Below are positions 48,304 through 59,573 of a DNA stretch of 64,000 nt, one piece after another (the stretch's first letter is position 1; every line of letters starts with the position of its first letter). Origin of the DNA: Shigella phage SSG23; sequence record PQ351811; one strand, 5' to 3'. The notes below the pieces were generated by a model. It did not search any database, was not told where the DNA came from, and worked only from the letters and a program-made list of their open reading frames with translations. A program made the position numbers and the translations under genes.

Positions 48304-49143
48304 TTAAATGTCAAACAAGTCTGAGAGCGTCCCAGACGCTGTTTCTTGTTCTGGTAAGGTAATCTCCTTACTTTCTTCTATTTGTTCGTTAGGACGCGAT
48401 TTAGGCGCTTCTACGGCTTCTTTCTCGTAATACCTAACCTCAACCACTTCTGTTAAAACGTTGGTACTGTGCCATTCATCGCGATAGATTGATGTATCGA
48501 TCCCACATCCGGCATAAGTCACCAAACCAGTTTGTTTGCTCCATTTTAGATATTTATTAGACTTCATTGTTCCGTCATAATAAGGTCTACCGGAATAAGC
48601 AAAACCAGCAGAACCAGCAGGAACAATAAAGTAACCAACATCAGCAAACTTCTGGCCTAATGTCATAACCTTAAATTCAAACTCACCGCCAGTATATTCA
48701 AATACATCCTTTGTGTCGGTTGTATTGATTTTCCCGAAAGGTGGATTGCTAATTACAACATCAAATTTTTCGTTTGATTCAAATTCGAATACATCGCTGG
48801 TGATCCATTCTGCTTCCGGTAATAGTCGTTTACCGATCCGCGCAAATTCTGGATTGAGTTCGACGCATACGATCTTTTCTGGCTTACAACGATGCAACAT
48901 ACAGAAAGATAAACGACCGATCCCAGCACACAAATCTAATACTTTTCCGGTGCAGTGTGCGTCAATGGTAAAATCCCATGCAAGACCCTCTGGAGTAAAG
49001 AATGCACCGGAACCACCTAGACCATCTCCATGATAGTTATTATAGCAAAACTCCTTTTCTTCATATGTCAATGGGCGATCTGAATTGATTAGCTCCATTG
49101 CCCGATCGTGTAATTTTTGTTCTTGTTTGGAAAGTCGTGCCAT
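48304..49143 (-). CDS. SAM-dependent amino-methyltransferase, HsdM/gamma-class N6-MTase-like core (279 aa)
   Basis: FFTP, then VLDLCAGIGRL (motif I), then VISNPPFG (motif IV), in gamma-class order; no obvious target-recognition domain. Confidence 0.65.
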   Translation of the reverse strand: MARLSKQEQKLHDRAMELINSDRPLTYEEKEFCYNNYHGDGLGGSGAFFTPEGLAWDFTIDAHCTGKVLDLCAGIGRLSFCMLHRCKPEKIVCVELNPEFARIGKRLLPEAEWITSDVFEFESNEKFDVVISNPPFGKINTTDTKDVFEYTGGEFEFKVMTLGQKFADVGYFIVPAGSAGFAYSGRPYYDGTMKSNKYLKWSKQTGLVTYAGCGIDTSIYRDEWHSTNVLTEVVEVRYYEKEAVEAPKSRPNEQIEESKEITLPEQETASGTLSDLFDI

Positions 49144-49472
49144 TATTTAACCTTTGCTGTTACGGTAACGCTATGCCCCAAATAAACATGAGACATAAAG
49201 AACACAAAGTTTTTAAATTGCGGATTCTTTCGAATAAACCGTTTCAATTTTCGAATACAAGTAATGCTATGGTCATAATTAGAGTAATTAAATTTGATAC
49301 CCTGTTCCATCATCACATTAACTTCATCTTGAGAATGCCACTTCTTATCATGGTCACAAAACCAATAGTTATCATGCCATTTTTCTTGAAGATGCAAGCC
49401 CCAAAACACTTTATACATTGGATGTTTTGGTTTACCCATTGTGTAATGCAGTTTAATATTTACGCGTGCCAT
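49143..49472 (-). CDS. hypothetical His/Trp-rich protein (109 aa)
   Basis: ATG start; stop overlaps the MTase start. Confidence 0.5.
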   Translation of the reverse strand: MARVNIKLHYTMGKPKHPMYKVFWGLHLQEKWHDNYWFCDHDKKWHSQDEVNVMMEQGIKFNYSNYDHSITCIRKLKRFIRKNPQFKNFVFFMSHVYLGHSVTVTAKVK

Positions 49473-49717
49473 TTTCTATCACTCCACATACCGAAAGTTG
49501 GATTATACACAAAATGTATAGCTTCATCAATAGTCTTGAATCGTTTAGTTACGTTAGCGCAATTGATACCCTCCCATAGTTCATCGGTGTAATCGGCTAG
49601 TGATGAATGAGTATGATCGATGAGTTCCCCGATCTTCTCACCGTTCGCGATCACCTCCCAACCGCAAGGGGATACCTGAATTGCTTCACAATTATCTGTA
49701 AATTTACGACGTGCCAT
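49460..49717 (-). CDS. hypothetical protein (85 aa), first gene of the cassette
   Basis: ATG with SD ggagg; sigma70-type promoter upstream. Confidence 0.55.
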   Translation of the reverse strand: MARRKFTDNCEAIQVSPCGWEVIANGEKIGELIDHTHSSLADYTDELWEGINCANVTKRFKTIDEAIHFVYNPTFGMWSDRKWHA

Positions 49718-49746
49718 AATTTATCCTCCGTTGTTTATATGTGTGT

Positions 49747-49774
49747 ATTATACCTTACCAAATAAGATTGTCAA
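49747..49774 (-). promoter_or_regulatory. PeSL-like early sigma70 promoter on the - strand inside the late baseplate cluster
   Basis: - strand reads ttgaca, 16-nt spacer, tataat, then acacacatataaacaacggaggataaattATG. Confidence 0.6.
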
Positions 49775-49786
49775 CACCCAAAATAG

Positions 49787-49816
49787 AAAAAGCCAACTCT
49801 CTCGAATTGGCTTTTA
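49787..49816 (-). terminator. terminator-like hairpin after gp8
   Basis: agccaa..ttggct hairpin with a T-rich tract on the - strand. Confidence 0.45.
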
Positions 49817-49827
49817 AAATCATACAC

Positions 49828-50823
49828 TTAGAACTCAAACAACACAGAAACAAGCTCTGTTTGATCTAATGACCGAACGATAGGTTGTCGGTTTTCCATG
49901 TAGATCATTTCTCCTGAGTGTGGCTCTAAATCCTGTGGTTGATATTTGTCTTTAATCGCTTTAACGTCTGGGTCGCTAGGACGTGCTTTCTTCTCTAATG
50001 GATTAAGGATAATACTTAACTGACGGAAGCCAGTATTACCCACTAACGCTGACGTTGGGAATTGTGCGGAATCCATATAAGCCTGAAAACGCAAAGTTAC
50101 TACTTTCAGCCGATAAAGCAGATTATAGTCATTATACCAGGTGATCACATTGTCATAGCCCCAACGCGCCGGATCTTGTCGCAGTTCATCAGGGAACGGC
50201 ACAACAATATGCTCGTTGGTGCAACGGTTGATCGCCGCATCAGGCGGAATTGTGTACAAATATTCCCAACGATATCCGTCACCCATATCAATAGAATCGC
50301 CTTTCCCTACTGGTGGCGCGATTGATTCATGCGTAGGGGTCCATTTTCCACCCAATTTCAAACACTCTACTTTAGCGTCAATGCTTGAAATAGAACAATA
50401 ACCGCGATCAGGAACATCTGTCACTCGATACACCATCCAACCACTACCAACATCTGTACGGTTATATGGTGCAGAGTTTACGACAACAATGTCATTGATA
50501 AAGAACGTGCGCGGGTTATCCTGTCCGGTATCACCCCAATCTTTACGGGGGATAACCGCATCAAGAAGTGATTTGTTAATCTTAACCGCCCCCATCATAT
50601 GGGTCCACATATCAACAACGCCAGCCGTTGAATCGGTCGGATAAGGTGGGGCAAAGCCCACCTCTTTTTCGTTTTCTGACCACGGCTCCGAACGTCCAAA
50701 CGTTCCATAAATTGTAATTTGATTTGCCCCATCGCCTACAGAATTATAGAAATTCAGAAGTTTTTCTGTTCTGAATTTACTAGTAATGATTGAGCGATAG
50801 ATCACACTATTTTCATTAGCCAT
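49828..50823 (-). CDS. 8: baseplate wedge protein gp8
   Basis: gene order and size. Confidence 0.8.
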   Translation of the reverse strand: MANENSVIYRSIITSKFRTEKLLNFYNSVGDGANQITIYGTFGRSEPWSENEKEVGFAPPYPTDSTAGVVDMWTHMMGAVKINKSLLDAVIPRKDWGDTGQDNPRTFFINDIVVVNSAPYNRTDVGSGWMVYRVTDVPDRGYCSISSIDAKVECLKLGGKWTPTHESIAPPVGKGDSIDMGDGYRWEYLYTIPPDAAINRCTNEHIVVPFPDELRQDPARWGYDNVITWYNDYNLLYRLKVVTLRFQAYMDSAQFPTSALVGNTGFRQLSIILNPLEKKARPSDPDVKAIKDKYQPQDLEPHSGEMIYMENRQPIVRSLDQTELVSVLFEF

Positions 50824-53800
50824 TAATTTTCCTCTGTGTCGGATTCTTCGGATCGCGTGGATTCCCTATATTATCCTTCAACCGTTTGTCTACAAGTTCA
50901 CGGAACATAGAGAATGTTACCGCCGACTGGTCAAACAGTGGACTCATTGCAAATCTTCGTTCGCTTGCTTTAAGTCCGTGGAACAATTCGCTGTTCTCCT
51001 GATCATATTCAGGAGGAACCGGAAATTCATCACCAATTAAAGGTGAAGTCAAATATAATGCTTTTCCGGTAAGCGGGTCTTTCTTAATGTTTCCGTCAAC
51101 GTCAAGGTCTGCCACCCGATCAGGATACACGCTAGGCAATCCGCTGTCAAACTTATAGTTTTTCAGAGATTGAATTATAGTCTCGGTGTGCTTCATGCTT
51201 AACCCGCTGTTAATGAACATCGTAAGCAGGGTAACACCGATAAACCCAAAGCCGACAGGATGAACGAATCGCATTACATCATTTGCATAGCGCGAAACTG
51301 GCAATGCACTTTTAATCTTCATGGTGTATTGACTTCGTGAGCGGTTGATATAGTCGATTGAACTACTTAACAACTCTTTACCACGTACACCAACAAGGAT
51401 CATCCCCTCAAACGCTGTTTTCTCTGATTTGATCAATTGACCTTCTTCGAACCGCCCGATCAGGTTATGAATGGTTACTCGCCAGCGTAGGCGACCACCT
51501 TCATATTCCCTTTCAAGATACGTCACGTTAGCCCGTCCGGTTGGAGTATAGATCGTGCGACCTACGATATCCTCGTCAATGTTCGTTGAACTAACAACAA
51601 TATCATACTCTAGTCCGGCTTGTGATTCAACCTCAATTTCCACATCTTCATTATAAAGTAACTTAAACAAGAACTTATAAGAAGCCTCCACGCCCTTAGT
51701 GGAATAAAAATCCGATTTGCGGGATTCAAAGAATCTTACTACCGCATCTCGCTTGTTTTTATCTGCATAGATGTTTCGTTTGTTCATCTCTGACCAAAGA
51801 TACTCATATGCATCTTGCTCGCGTGGGTATTTGTTTTTAATCAGATTTTTTAGTTTATTATAATATGTTCCTGAACCATCACTTAAGAATTGCAGATAAT
51901 ATTCAGAGAATTTTCTGAAATTTTCGTTCTCAAGCAAAAAGCTATCCGGCGTCATCTTATTCAGTAAAGGCCGCAAATCTGGGTCTTGCTCTCTGTCATA
52001 ATGAACAGGAACCCAGGGAACCTCTCGGACCTGATTTTGCAGTTCAGCAACAAATGCAACATTTGTAGGCTTCCAATATACACCAACCTGATCACGAACA
52101 CGATAATTAAATTGATAAAATCCTATGATCTCCCCTGTGTTTTTATGGAACATTACACCGGATGCATATTGTTTGAATCCTTCAAATTTAACATTGTTCA
52201 GATAACAGGTCACTGTCCCCTTATCATAAACCTCTCGGTTAACCCTGTTTTGGTCAAGAATGCCGGAAGTATCAACTTCCTGAGTATAGATAACCTCTGG
52301 ATAAACAACCAACGGGCGATTATCATTTGTGATCCATACACGAACACCGTTTCGACGCATCCATGTATAATCAGCCTCATTATAATATGCTTGTGGTCCT
52401 AACTCCCAGATACGCAAATCATCATAACTTGCTCTGAAAGTCGTTTGATGTATTTTCTTATCAGTTAGATAAGTTGGCTCCTGAGAATATTTTACAGCTT
52501 CGCTTAATTCATATTTCGCGGCTGTTTCTGGATCTGGTAAAATGCTTTCGAAATGATGATTATAATGGCTTATGAACACCTCATCACCGTTTGTTGACAT
52601 ATTACTAAATCCGTGCTGAATATATTCTCTTTCTTGCGGAGTATTACCAAATACACGCTGAAAAGACAGACCATCACTCCCGATTAAGTATACACCCGCA
52701 TCATCTGACGGAACAACGTTTTCTGGTTTGGTCGGATCTTGATAACGCTGTTTAACTTCACCCGTAACAAATACCAGTAATTTTCCGTCAACAACATCCA
52801 TTTTCTGAATAACAGCTTTGTCATTTCCTGTTACTCGGATAATATCAGGGTCAAATATCTTTTCCCCAAATGTAGGCGAACCCTGAACGGTATCAACTGG
52901 AGTATTCTTAAGGCGAATCCGGCGAATAACATCCTTAGCACCAACCCACAAATAGTCATCACTGCACGCCATAGCTTCGGCGTATTTTGTGGTATCACCT
53001 GTTAATCTGGAAAATACACCAAAGACCTCAACATCAAACCCTAAGTCGTTTTCGTCACCAACCTTTGCAAAAGTGATCGTATCATCACTAAATCGAACAT
53101 CGTCCGCGCTCCATCGAGTATCGCTCGCTTGTCGTCCGTAAAAGATTCGGTCATATCCTAAAACGTAAGTAGTGGTTTTAGACTGATAAACGCATGTACG
53201 GGAAACCGGATTGCCTACACGGTCATTAAAAGCCTTGTATGCTTTCCATGATTGACCTTTATCATTTGACACTTTCACGATCGGCTGGAACCGTTCGAAA
53301 AGGTACAAAACACCGTTCATTTCCGCTAACATCGTGCGGTTTATATCAGTACAAACTTTTTCTATGTGGTCCTGTATTTCATGAAAGTTCTCATCAACTA
53401 CAATGTAGTTTGAGATATTTGTCATGTTTGCATATTCAGGGCTAAAGACAAAATCTTCCTTCATCAATGACGCTTGAATCAGGTCAGTATTAAACTTGAC
53501 ATACTCTCTGTTATCGTATGTAAATTTTTCCTTTATAAACTCGTTTGCAAGGTTGAACTCGCGCATCATAGAAAAATTATATGCGTTTGTTTTAAATGTC
53601 TGAAACTCTTCTGTCTCGACCCATTTACTTTGTTCAAATCCTTCTGCGGCTACTGCTACACGAAACTTGTAATAATATTCTGGAAAAAGGTTTTTATCCT
53701 CAAACCAGTTTTGATCGGCAGTATATCCCAGGTTTACCCAGCTTAACTCATCGACGGGGATGATCTCCCCGTCTCGCGTTCTGGTTTCGGCTAACTCCAC

Positions 53801-53902
53801 AAAATAAAAGAAGTTTTCGCCTACGTCATCCCATGTGATATACGCCTGATTAGCAGACAATTTTTCTATTGTCAAGCTAGTTACACTAGGCGCTTTAATC
53901 AT
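50816..53902 (-). CDS. 7: baseplate wedge protein gp7
   Basis: gene order and size (1028 aa). Confidence 0.85.
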   Translation of the reverse strand: MIKAPSVTSLTIEKLSANQAYITWDDVGENFFYFVELAETRTRDGEIIPVDELSWVNLGYTADQNWFEDKNLFPEYYYKFRVAVAAEGFEQSKWVETEEFQTFKTNAYNFSMMREFNLANEFIKEKFTYDNREYVKFNTDLIQASLMKEDFVFSPEYANMTNISNYIVVDENFHEIQDHIEKVCTDINRTMLAEMNGVLYLFERFQPIVKVSNDKGQSWKAYKAFNDRVGNPVSRTCVYQSKTTTYVLGYDRIFYGRQASDTRWSADDVRFSDDTITFAKVGDENDLGFDVEVFGVFSRLTGDTTKYAEAMACSDDYLWVGAKDVIRRIRLKNTPVDTVQGSPTFGEKIFDPDIIRVTGNDKAVIQKMDVVDGKLLVFVTGEVKQRYQDPTKPENVVPSDDAGVYLIGSDGLSFQRVFGNTPQEREYIQHGFSNMSTNGDEVFISHYNHHFESILPDPETAAKYELSEAVKYSQEPTYLTDKKIHQTTFRASYDDLRIWELGPQAYYNEADYTWMRRNGVRVWITNDNRPLVVYPEVIYTQEVDTSGILDQNRVNREVYDKGTVTCYLNNVKFEGFKQYASGVMFHKNTGEIIGFYQFNYRVRDQVGVYWKPTNVAFVAELQNQVREVPWVPVHYDREQDPDLRPLLNKMTPDSFLLENENFRKFSEYYLQFLSDGSGTYYNKLKNLIKNKYPREQDAYEYLWSEMNKRNIYADKNKRDAVVRFFESRKSDFYSTKGVEASYKFLFKLLYNEDVEIEVESQAGLEYDIVVSSTNIDEDIVGRTIYTPTGRANVTYLEREYEGGRLRWRVTIHNLIGRFEEGQLIKSEKTAFEGMILVGVRGKELLSSSIDYINRSRSQYTMKIKSALPVSRYANDVMRFVHPVGFGFIGVTLLTMFINSGLSMKHTETIIQSLKNYKFDSGLPSVYPDRVADLDVDGNIKKDPLTGKALYLTSPLIGDEFPVPPEYDQENSELFHGLKASERRFAMSPLFDQSAVTFSMFRELVDKRLKDNIGNPRDPKNPTQRKING

Positions 53903-55803
53903 TGAGCAATTGCCTCCAGACTAATAGTTGTGTACTGAGGACGGAGATCGTTTTCAAACACGATCAACGAACCGTCTTTAGTAAAAATGTTATCAGCAAT
54001 CGGTTTAGCTGTCAACTCAATATATGAACCAGTAAAGCGATCGCTATTGATATTCAGTTTACCCAGATCCCATGAAATAAGGTCTTCATAATGCTTAACT
54101 TCTCCAACCTCAAAGTATAGGTCCGCACCGTCGATAATCTCTTTATCAAAATCAGTGCCGGAATAGTGCGGTAAAGCGATTGTAGAACCAACAGGGAAAG
54201 GTCCAACCAGCAATTTAGCTAAACCTGATTCTTTGTTCATCTCTGTACTTACATAATGGATCGGGTATTGTTTACCGTCCTTTTCGAAGTTGAACGAACT
54301 AGACTTGATTCCGCTCTTATACTGGTTTAAAAACTTGATTCCAGCCATAGGTGCTTTATAGAAGTTGTCGATCTCTCGCACCATCTCGATTTCTGCACTA
54401 GAACCTATCACAGATACATCAGCTTTGTCAATACGCGCAAGCATTTTAGACTTACTAAAGGTCTGGTTAAAAATTTCCACTTCATCGGTATAATATGCAT
54501 CAATCTGATCAATAACAGCACCGCGCAACCACTGCTCTGATTCTGATAAGTCATTGATTGAATAGGAAACTTTAATATTCTGTTTAATATACAGATAGCT
54601 AGGGTCAATGATGCTCGGTGTGATGGGGGCAAGATTATATTTTGCCAGATAATCACGCATATCTTCTTTTTGAACAGTTGTCAAGCGCAAGCCCGATTTA
54701 GGCTTAACAGCAACAAAAGCATAACCTGGTTTCTCTCGGTCGGTGAAACATTGTACCGCCTGAACAATACTACCAAAACGGCTAGAAACAAAAGCCTCGT
54801 AGTCGGAAGCAGTTACACAACGACGCTGAGATTCACGCATTACCGGAGCAAGTTCACGGATACGTTCGATTGATTCAGGATCACCACCACCATCTGCACC
54901 GACATAATCACGATCATTTGTCGGATTCTCAATAATTTTAACAATAGAGATAGATGCAAGGGTATCCGCATATGTAAAATTAACTGAACCGTTTGCTTCC
55001 GCGCCCTTAGTGCTGATATATTCGATAACAATATTAGCACCAGTTGACGGCTTAAGGCCACCAATATAATTTGCTTCCAGTGCCCCGCCAGCCGCAGATA
55101 AGGTTGATTCACCTTCACCAAAGAAAATTTCTGTATGTCCGTCTACGGTTTCACGCATATAGAAAATATTGCTTGCGCCAGTTGCATTAACAATACTTTC
55201 TCGTGTCCAGTCTTTCCATTCAGCACCGTCCACCCACAATTTAACCTGAGAGCGGTCAATATCAGGGTCACGGATCAGAATTTGTTTCTTCGGATCAAAT
55301 AACATTTCTGTACGAACAATACGACCTTGTGCGACTTTAAGCATAGGTGTATATAAACCATTTGAACCTAAAACGCTCACAACGTCTTCTGTAGTAACAA
55401 ATGGGTAAGAAGTCTGGCGATCCACACTTGCAATAAATTTAGTTCCTCGTGGGATTCGAATACTTGCCGGATTTCGTGGATGGGAAACATGCAACATAAT
55501 TGTAGTTGATGCACTAGTTTTACTCGCTGGCAAATATCCTAAATCTTGCGCAGCTTGAACAACTGAACTACGCTTAATTGCCGTTCTGATAAAAGATTCA
55601 TATAGCGCGGCGTTGGCGAATTGCTGAATATACAGAGTGTTATATGCGAGCAAGTCCATCAATACGTTAATGCCAGCACCATTAAAATCAAAATCTTTAA
55701 ATTCTTCCTGGTTTCTCATCCAGTCGGTTAATGCGCTTTTAATTTCATCGAATGTAGCAGCATTAAAAATATCAGGAATTTGTGTAATCTTTTGCTTTGT
55801 CAT
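53899..55803 (-). CDS. 6: baseplate wedge protein gp6
   Basis: gene order and size. Confidence 0.85.
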   Translation of the reverse strand: MTKQKITQIPDIFNAATFDEIKSALTDWMRNQEEFKDFDFNGAGINVLMDLLAYNTLYIQQFANAALYESFIRTAIKRSSVVQAAQDLGYLPASKTSASTTIMLHVSHPRNPASIRIPRGTKFIASVDRQTSYPFVTTEDVVSVLGSNGLYTPMLKVAQGRIVRTEMLFDPKKQILIRDPDIDRSQVKLWVDGAEWKDWTRESIVNATGASNIFYMRETVDGHTEIFFGEGESTLSAAGGALEANYIGGLKPSTGANIVIEYISTKGAEANGSVNFTYADTLASISIVKIIENPTNDRDYVGADGGGDPESIERIRELAPVMRESQRRCVTASDYEAFVSSRFGSIVQAVQCFTDREKPGYAFVAVKPKSGLRLTTVQKEDMRDYLAKYNLAPITPSIIDPSYLYIKQNIKVSYSINDLSESEQWLRGAVIDQIDAYYTDEVEIFNQTFSKSKMLARIDKADVSVIGSSAEIEMVREIDNFYKAPMAGIKFLNQYKSGIKSSSFNFEKDGKQYPIHYVSTEMNKESGLAKLLVGPFPVGSTIALPHYSGTDFDKEIIDGADLYFEVGEVKHYEDLISWDLGKLNINSDRFTGSYIELTAKPIADNIFTKDGSLIVFENDLRPQYTTISLEAIAQ

Positions 55804-56093
55804 TTTATGAATACCTTCGGTGATGCCATAGCGACGGTATCGCCACAGCTAATACGATCTGCCATTTGAATTGCTTTCTTTCCGGTAACAAATACTTTCG
55901 GGGTACTGGCGACCGTAGTTCCCCCGTGTGTATCATAAGGTTTTGTTGTTTTTGTATGTGGTGTAATTGGGTCTCCTTCGACTAATACAGGGATACCCTC
56001 AACAAATACCTTAGATTGAGTTGCATTAATTACCGTAGGTGGGTAGTTTCCGTGCCCTGTAGTTTTAGCTTTATCGTAGGATAATCCAGCCAT
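55800..56093 (-). CDS. 5.4: PAAR-type spike tip protein gp5.4
   Basis: 97 aa with PAAR-like repeats (PTVINA..PVLVEGD..TVASTP); lies between 5.1 and 6. Confidence 0.85.
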   Translation of the reverse strand: MAGLSYDKAKTTGHGNYPPTVINATQSKVFVEGIPVLVEGDPITPHTKTTKPYDTHGGTTVASTPKVFVTGKKAIQMADRISCGDTVAMASPKVFIK

Positions 56094-56659
56094 TAAACAC
56101 CCCTATGTACATAATCTCTTAGTTGCTGCGCCCACACATCCCAATTTCCAAAAACAGTTTGGGTATACACTTTTTCTATCGTGTGTTCGGTTACTACTGG
56201 AGGCGGATTAGTTTCACCAGCACCCTCTCGACTGTTAGAACCACCACTATTTCCTTCACCGGAACCACCAGAAGACTCTGAAACAGATTGGATATAGGTT
56301 AGGGTTACTTTATAAGTATAAACCTCCTGTAGACGTGTAGGAGCGTTAAAATAATATAGATCTGCTGTAGTTGGATCTGGTAAATCATCAAAACTTCCGG
56401 CAGATTTTTTAATTCGATCTTTCGTTATATATTTAAGAGAATCCGCGCCAAGCGAAAAACTATCCCGATACTCACCAGATATTTTAGTTTCTTCAACGGT
56501 AACGCCCTTATTGGGGCGATACTCGCTGATCTTAAACTCTTTAATCGTGTATGTGGTATTTGCATCAGGTGGCGTTGCTTTATAAGAGAACACCACCTCA
56601 AAGATTTCTCGCTCGCTGATATCCTCCAATTTTGAACTCATAGGAAGAATTTCAACCAT
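56093..56659 (-). CDS. 5.1: gp5.1-like protein, assigned by position
   Basis: lies between gp5 and gp5.4; start moved from TTG to ATG 56659. Confidence 0.55.
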   Translation of the reverse strand: MVEILPMSSKLEDISEREIFEVVFSYKATPPDANTTYTIKEFKISEYRPNKGVTVEETKISGEYRDSFSLGADSLKYITKDRIKKSAGSFDDLPDPTTADLYYFNAPTRLQEVYTYKVTLTYIQSVSESSGGSGEGNSGGSNSREGAGETNPPPVVTEHTIEKVYTQTVFGNWDVWAQQLRDYVHRGV

Positions 56660-56667
56660 CAATTACC

Positions 56668-58467
56668 TCACCCAAGATCAATACGGCTACCATCAATTTT
56701 AACTGTACCCGATGCAATATCTTTAACGCTTGCACCACAATTACGGGACCAGTCACCATTAACCTGATCTGATTTAGTACCATTGACGGTCATGTTAAAA
56801 TTACCCTCAACGGTTAAATCATAGTTACCTTTAATTGTCTCGGTAGTATTACCCTCGATCATTAATTCAGCATTGCCCTTGACGTTAGCCGTCAAATTAG
56901 CGTCAAGTTGTGCGGTAACATCACCGACAACATGCATATTAGCTGTACCTTCAACTGTCTGATTAACATTGCCACGAATAAATTCAGTGACGTTACCATC
57001 AACGGTTTGCATCACATTACCCATATAATAAACTTGCGCGTCACCTTCAACAACAACTTGCAGATTGCCTTTAACGTTGACTTTGCGGCCTTGCTTAACG
57101 ATCAAATAATCATCACCTTCAATCTTTTCTACCCTCGTTCCGTCCGGTCTGGTTTCTTCAAATGTACCAGAAGGATGTTTGCGATGATAACGCTCGTGAG
57201 AAGGAGTATCATCAATCTCGATAATATGACCGCTCTCTGATTCGTATACGTGGTTATATGGATACCTTGCAGAATACGAACTCTTAGGCTCTTTAAACAT
57301 GATTCGTGTGTCTTGTGGGGTAAACGGTGCTTCTGGGTCTTCTTCTGCTCTCTGCGTCTTATAGGCAGCAATACGGGCGTTTCTCAAACGTGCTCGCGGA
57401 TCATCAGAAACAGATTCCTCTTTCTTAGGAGCAATTACGCCATATGATTCTAAGTTACCAGTTAAAATAATTTTAGATACACGGCTTGAACGTCCTGGAG
57501 TTTGATTAGCCCATACTGATTGACGTAATCCATCATAGGCTTGTTTCCATTCTTCCGCCAGCATTGCAGCAAGACTATTCTTAAATTTACCCAATCCGCC
57601 AACACCCATTTGAAACGCCATATTTTCTAATGCCATACGACGCGAGGCATTACATTTATTATAGACAGGTGCAATTCGTGGATGTTTGCGCATATCACGA
57701 CGAGTCTTTTCTATATCGTCAGCAAATACTTTACTAACTTCTTCGGCGGTAAGTCTTCCGTTTGTAACTTCACGCCCTACCAGCTTAGAAAGTTCATTAT
57801 TGATAATACCCAGATCACTGGTTTTCTTATAAATGATCAAATGCCCGATGCCTATTGTCGGATATCCTTCTGAATCAAGATACCATTTCTCGCGATATCC
57901 CTCATCGCCCCGCAGCATTTTTTCTATTGTGTATTCTGGGTTATCGTCAACCGGAATTTGATCTAATGGCTCGTCGTCTGGATTTACGGCAACTCCAGTG
58001 TTTTCATCTCGAATATAGACACTATCAGGTTTTGTTGTTTGTCCGGTTTCTGGGTTAATACCGCCACGGGCAAGAATATTAACATCATTACCAATATAGC
58101 GCGGGTATGCACCAGAAGGGTCGCAAAAACCTTCTGTAGTGAGTGGTTTCTCTGTATATTGTCCGGCAATAGTACCCAGAATAACGCAGTTTAAATAACG
58201 TTCATCTAAGGCCAAACCAAATACCATTGAACCTTCAACAATACCAGTAGGGCTTTGACCTATACCGGAGATCGCCGCGCTTGTAATATCTTGTACTGGC
58301 GTAATCCATAATAGATCTTCGGTTGGAAGACCTTGAATGTCACCGTGTGCGGATAGCGAAGGATGTATACCATGAATCCTAACCTGAACTCGGCCTAACA
58401 TTAATGGGTCTTCCCTGTTTTCTACAATTCCGGTAAACCATTTAACGGAGTTATTAAACATTAGCAT
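56668..58467 (-). CDS. 5: baseplate hub and tail lysozyme gp5
   Basis: VKWFTGIVE N-terminus, lysozyme core GYPTIGIGHLI, C-terminal VxGxxxxxx beta-helix repeats. Confidence 0.9.
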   Translation of the reverse strand: MLMFNNSVKWFTGIVENREDPLMLGRVQVRIHGIHPSLSAHGDIQGLPTEDLLWITPVQDITSAAISGIGQSPTGIVEGSMVFGLALDERYLNCVILGTIAGQYTEKPLTTEGFCDPSGAYPRYIGNDVNILARGGINPETGQTTKPDSVYIRDENTGVAVNPDDEPLDQIPVDDNPEYTIEKMLRGDEGYREKWYLDSEGYPTIGIGHLIIYKKTSDLGIINNELSKLVGREVTNGRLTAEEVSKVFADDIEKTRRDMRKHPRIAPVYNKCNASRRMALENMAFQMGVGGLGKFKNSLAAMLAEEWKQAYDGLRQSVWANQTPGRSSRVSKIILTGNLESYGVIAPKKEESVSDDPRARLRNARIAAYKTQRAEEDPEAPFTPQDTRIMFKEPKSSYSARYPYNHVYESESGHIIEIDDTPSHERYHRKHPSGTFEETRPDGTRVEKIEGDDYLIVKQGRKVNVKGNLQVVVEGDAQVYYMGNVMQTVDGNVTEFIRGNVNQTVEGTANMHVVGDVTAQLDANLTANVKGNAELMIEGNTTETIKGNYDLTVEGNFNMTVNGTKSDQVNGDWSRNCGASVKDIASGTVKIDGSRIDLG

Positions 58468-58478
58468 AATTAATCACC

Positions 58479-59033
58479 TTACACATCAGCCTTTTCCATT
58501 TCTCGAATGAATGCGTTAATAAATTGTTTAATTTGTGTAGGATCTATGATCTTGATCTTGCGTCGTTCCTCGTTGCGGAGGATCGCATCTTCCAGTGTGT
58601 CTACCGCCGACAGTGCACCATGAAACTGCAAATGACGGTGATGAATATCCCCTTTGTCATACCAATTGCTTGAGCCTTTCGGATACTCGGTAAGATTCCA
58701 ATACTTGTTTCCGTCAATATCAACGTGGTATAATACTTGATTTCCTCCTACATTTGCATATCGTTGTTCGGCTGATTCATATGCTGTCTCTTGATCGGTG
58801 ATCCAGTCATGAAACGGATCGTATACGTCATTAAGCATCAGCAAGATCCAATAAAGTTGCTGGTTTCCGTATACTTCATATGCAACTTGTTCCGGTCGTG
58901 GACTACCTTGAATGTAATATGTTTGTATGTTATAATCAGAAATTATTGCGTTGAAATATGCGCGGTAATTGCGCACAATGTCAGTAATCATCTTGCCGTT
59001 GTATTCTATGGCAGGGAAGAAAGAAAAGAGCAT
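58479..59033 (-). CDS. 53: baseplate wedge protein gp53
   Basis: gene order; late promoter upstream. Confidence 0.7.
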   Translation of the reverse strand: MLFSFFPAIEYNGKMITDIVRNYRAYFNAIISDYNIQTYYIQGSPRPEQVAYEVYGNQQLYWILLMLNDVYDPFHDWITDQETAYESAEQRYANVGGNQVLYHVDIDGNKYWNLTEYPKGSSNWYDKGDIHHRHLQFHGALSAVDTLEDAILRNEERRKIKIIDPTQIKQFINAFIREMEKADV

Positions 59034-59065
59034 TTTAGCACCCTCAATTGATAAATAGTATTATG

Positions 59066-59073
59066 TATTTATA
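59066..59073 (-). promoter_or_regulatory. T4-type late promoter TATAAATA for gp53
   Basis: tatttata on + strand, 33 nt upstream of the start. Confidence 0.65.
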
Positions 59074-59088
59074 ATAAAGGGTGCTAAA

Positions 59089-59562
59089 ATGGGAGGATCT
59101 AACACTTATAAGGGCAAGTATGTTCCTGAGAATAAGGAAAAGTATAAAGGGGATATACGGAAAATCACATACCGTTCAAGTTGGGAAAGATGGATCATGC
59201 AGTGGCTAGACCGCAATCCTAGAGTTGCGAAATGGGGATCTGAGACCGTAGTAATTCCTTATGAGTCATCAACAGACGGAAAAAGACACAGATACTTTAT
59301 GGATTTTTACGTTAAGTTTGATGATGGCAAGGAGCATTTATGGGAAGTTAAACCAGCTAAAGAGACAAGGCCACCGGAAAAGCCAAAAAGAATGACCGCG
59401 AAGACAAAGCAACGGTATATGCATGAAGTATGGACGTACACAAAAAATACCGAAAAATGGTTAGCTGCCGTGAAATTATGCCAAAAGCATAACATGGAGT
59501 TTAAGATCATAACCGAACATGCATTAAAGAAAGTATTTGGCTTTAAAGGGCTTAACAAATAG
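59089..59562 (+). CDS. 4: head completion protein gp4
   Basis: position between 53 and 2 and size as in T4. Confidence 0.65.
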   Translation: MGGSNTYKGKYVPENKEKYKGDIRKITYRSSWERWIMQWLDRNPRVAKWGSETVVIPYESSTDGKRHRYFMDFYVKFDDGKEHLWEVKPAKETRPPEKPKRMTAKTKQRYMHEVWTYTKNTEKWLAAVKLCQKHNMEFKIITEHALKKVFGFKGLNK

Positions 59563-59573
59563 AGGATAATATT

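Noticed and set aside
48304-49143. Calling the 279-aa methyltransferase a T4 Dam orthologue
   Set aside because: Motif order (FFTP, then motif I, then NPPF about 60 residues later) is gamma-class/HsdM-like, not the alpha-class order of T4 Dam, and the genomic position differs.
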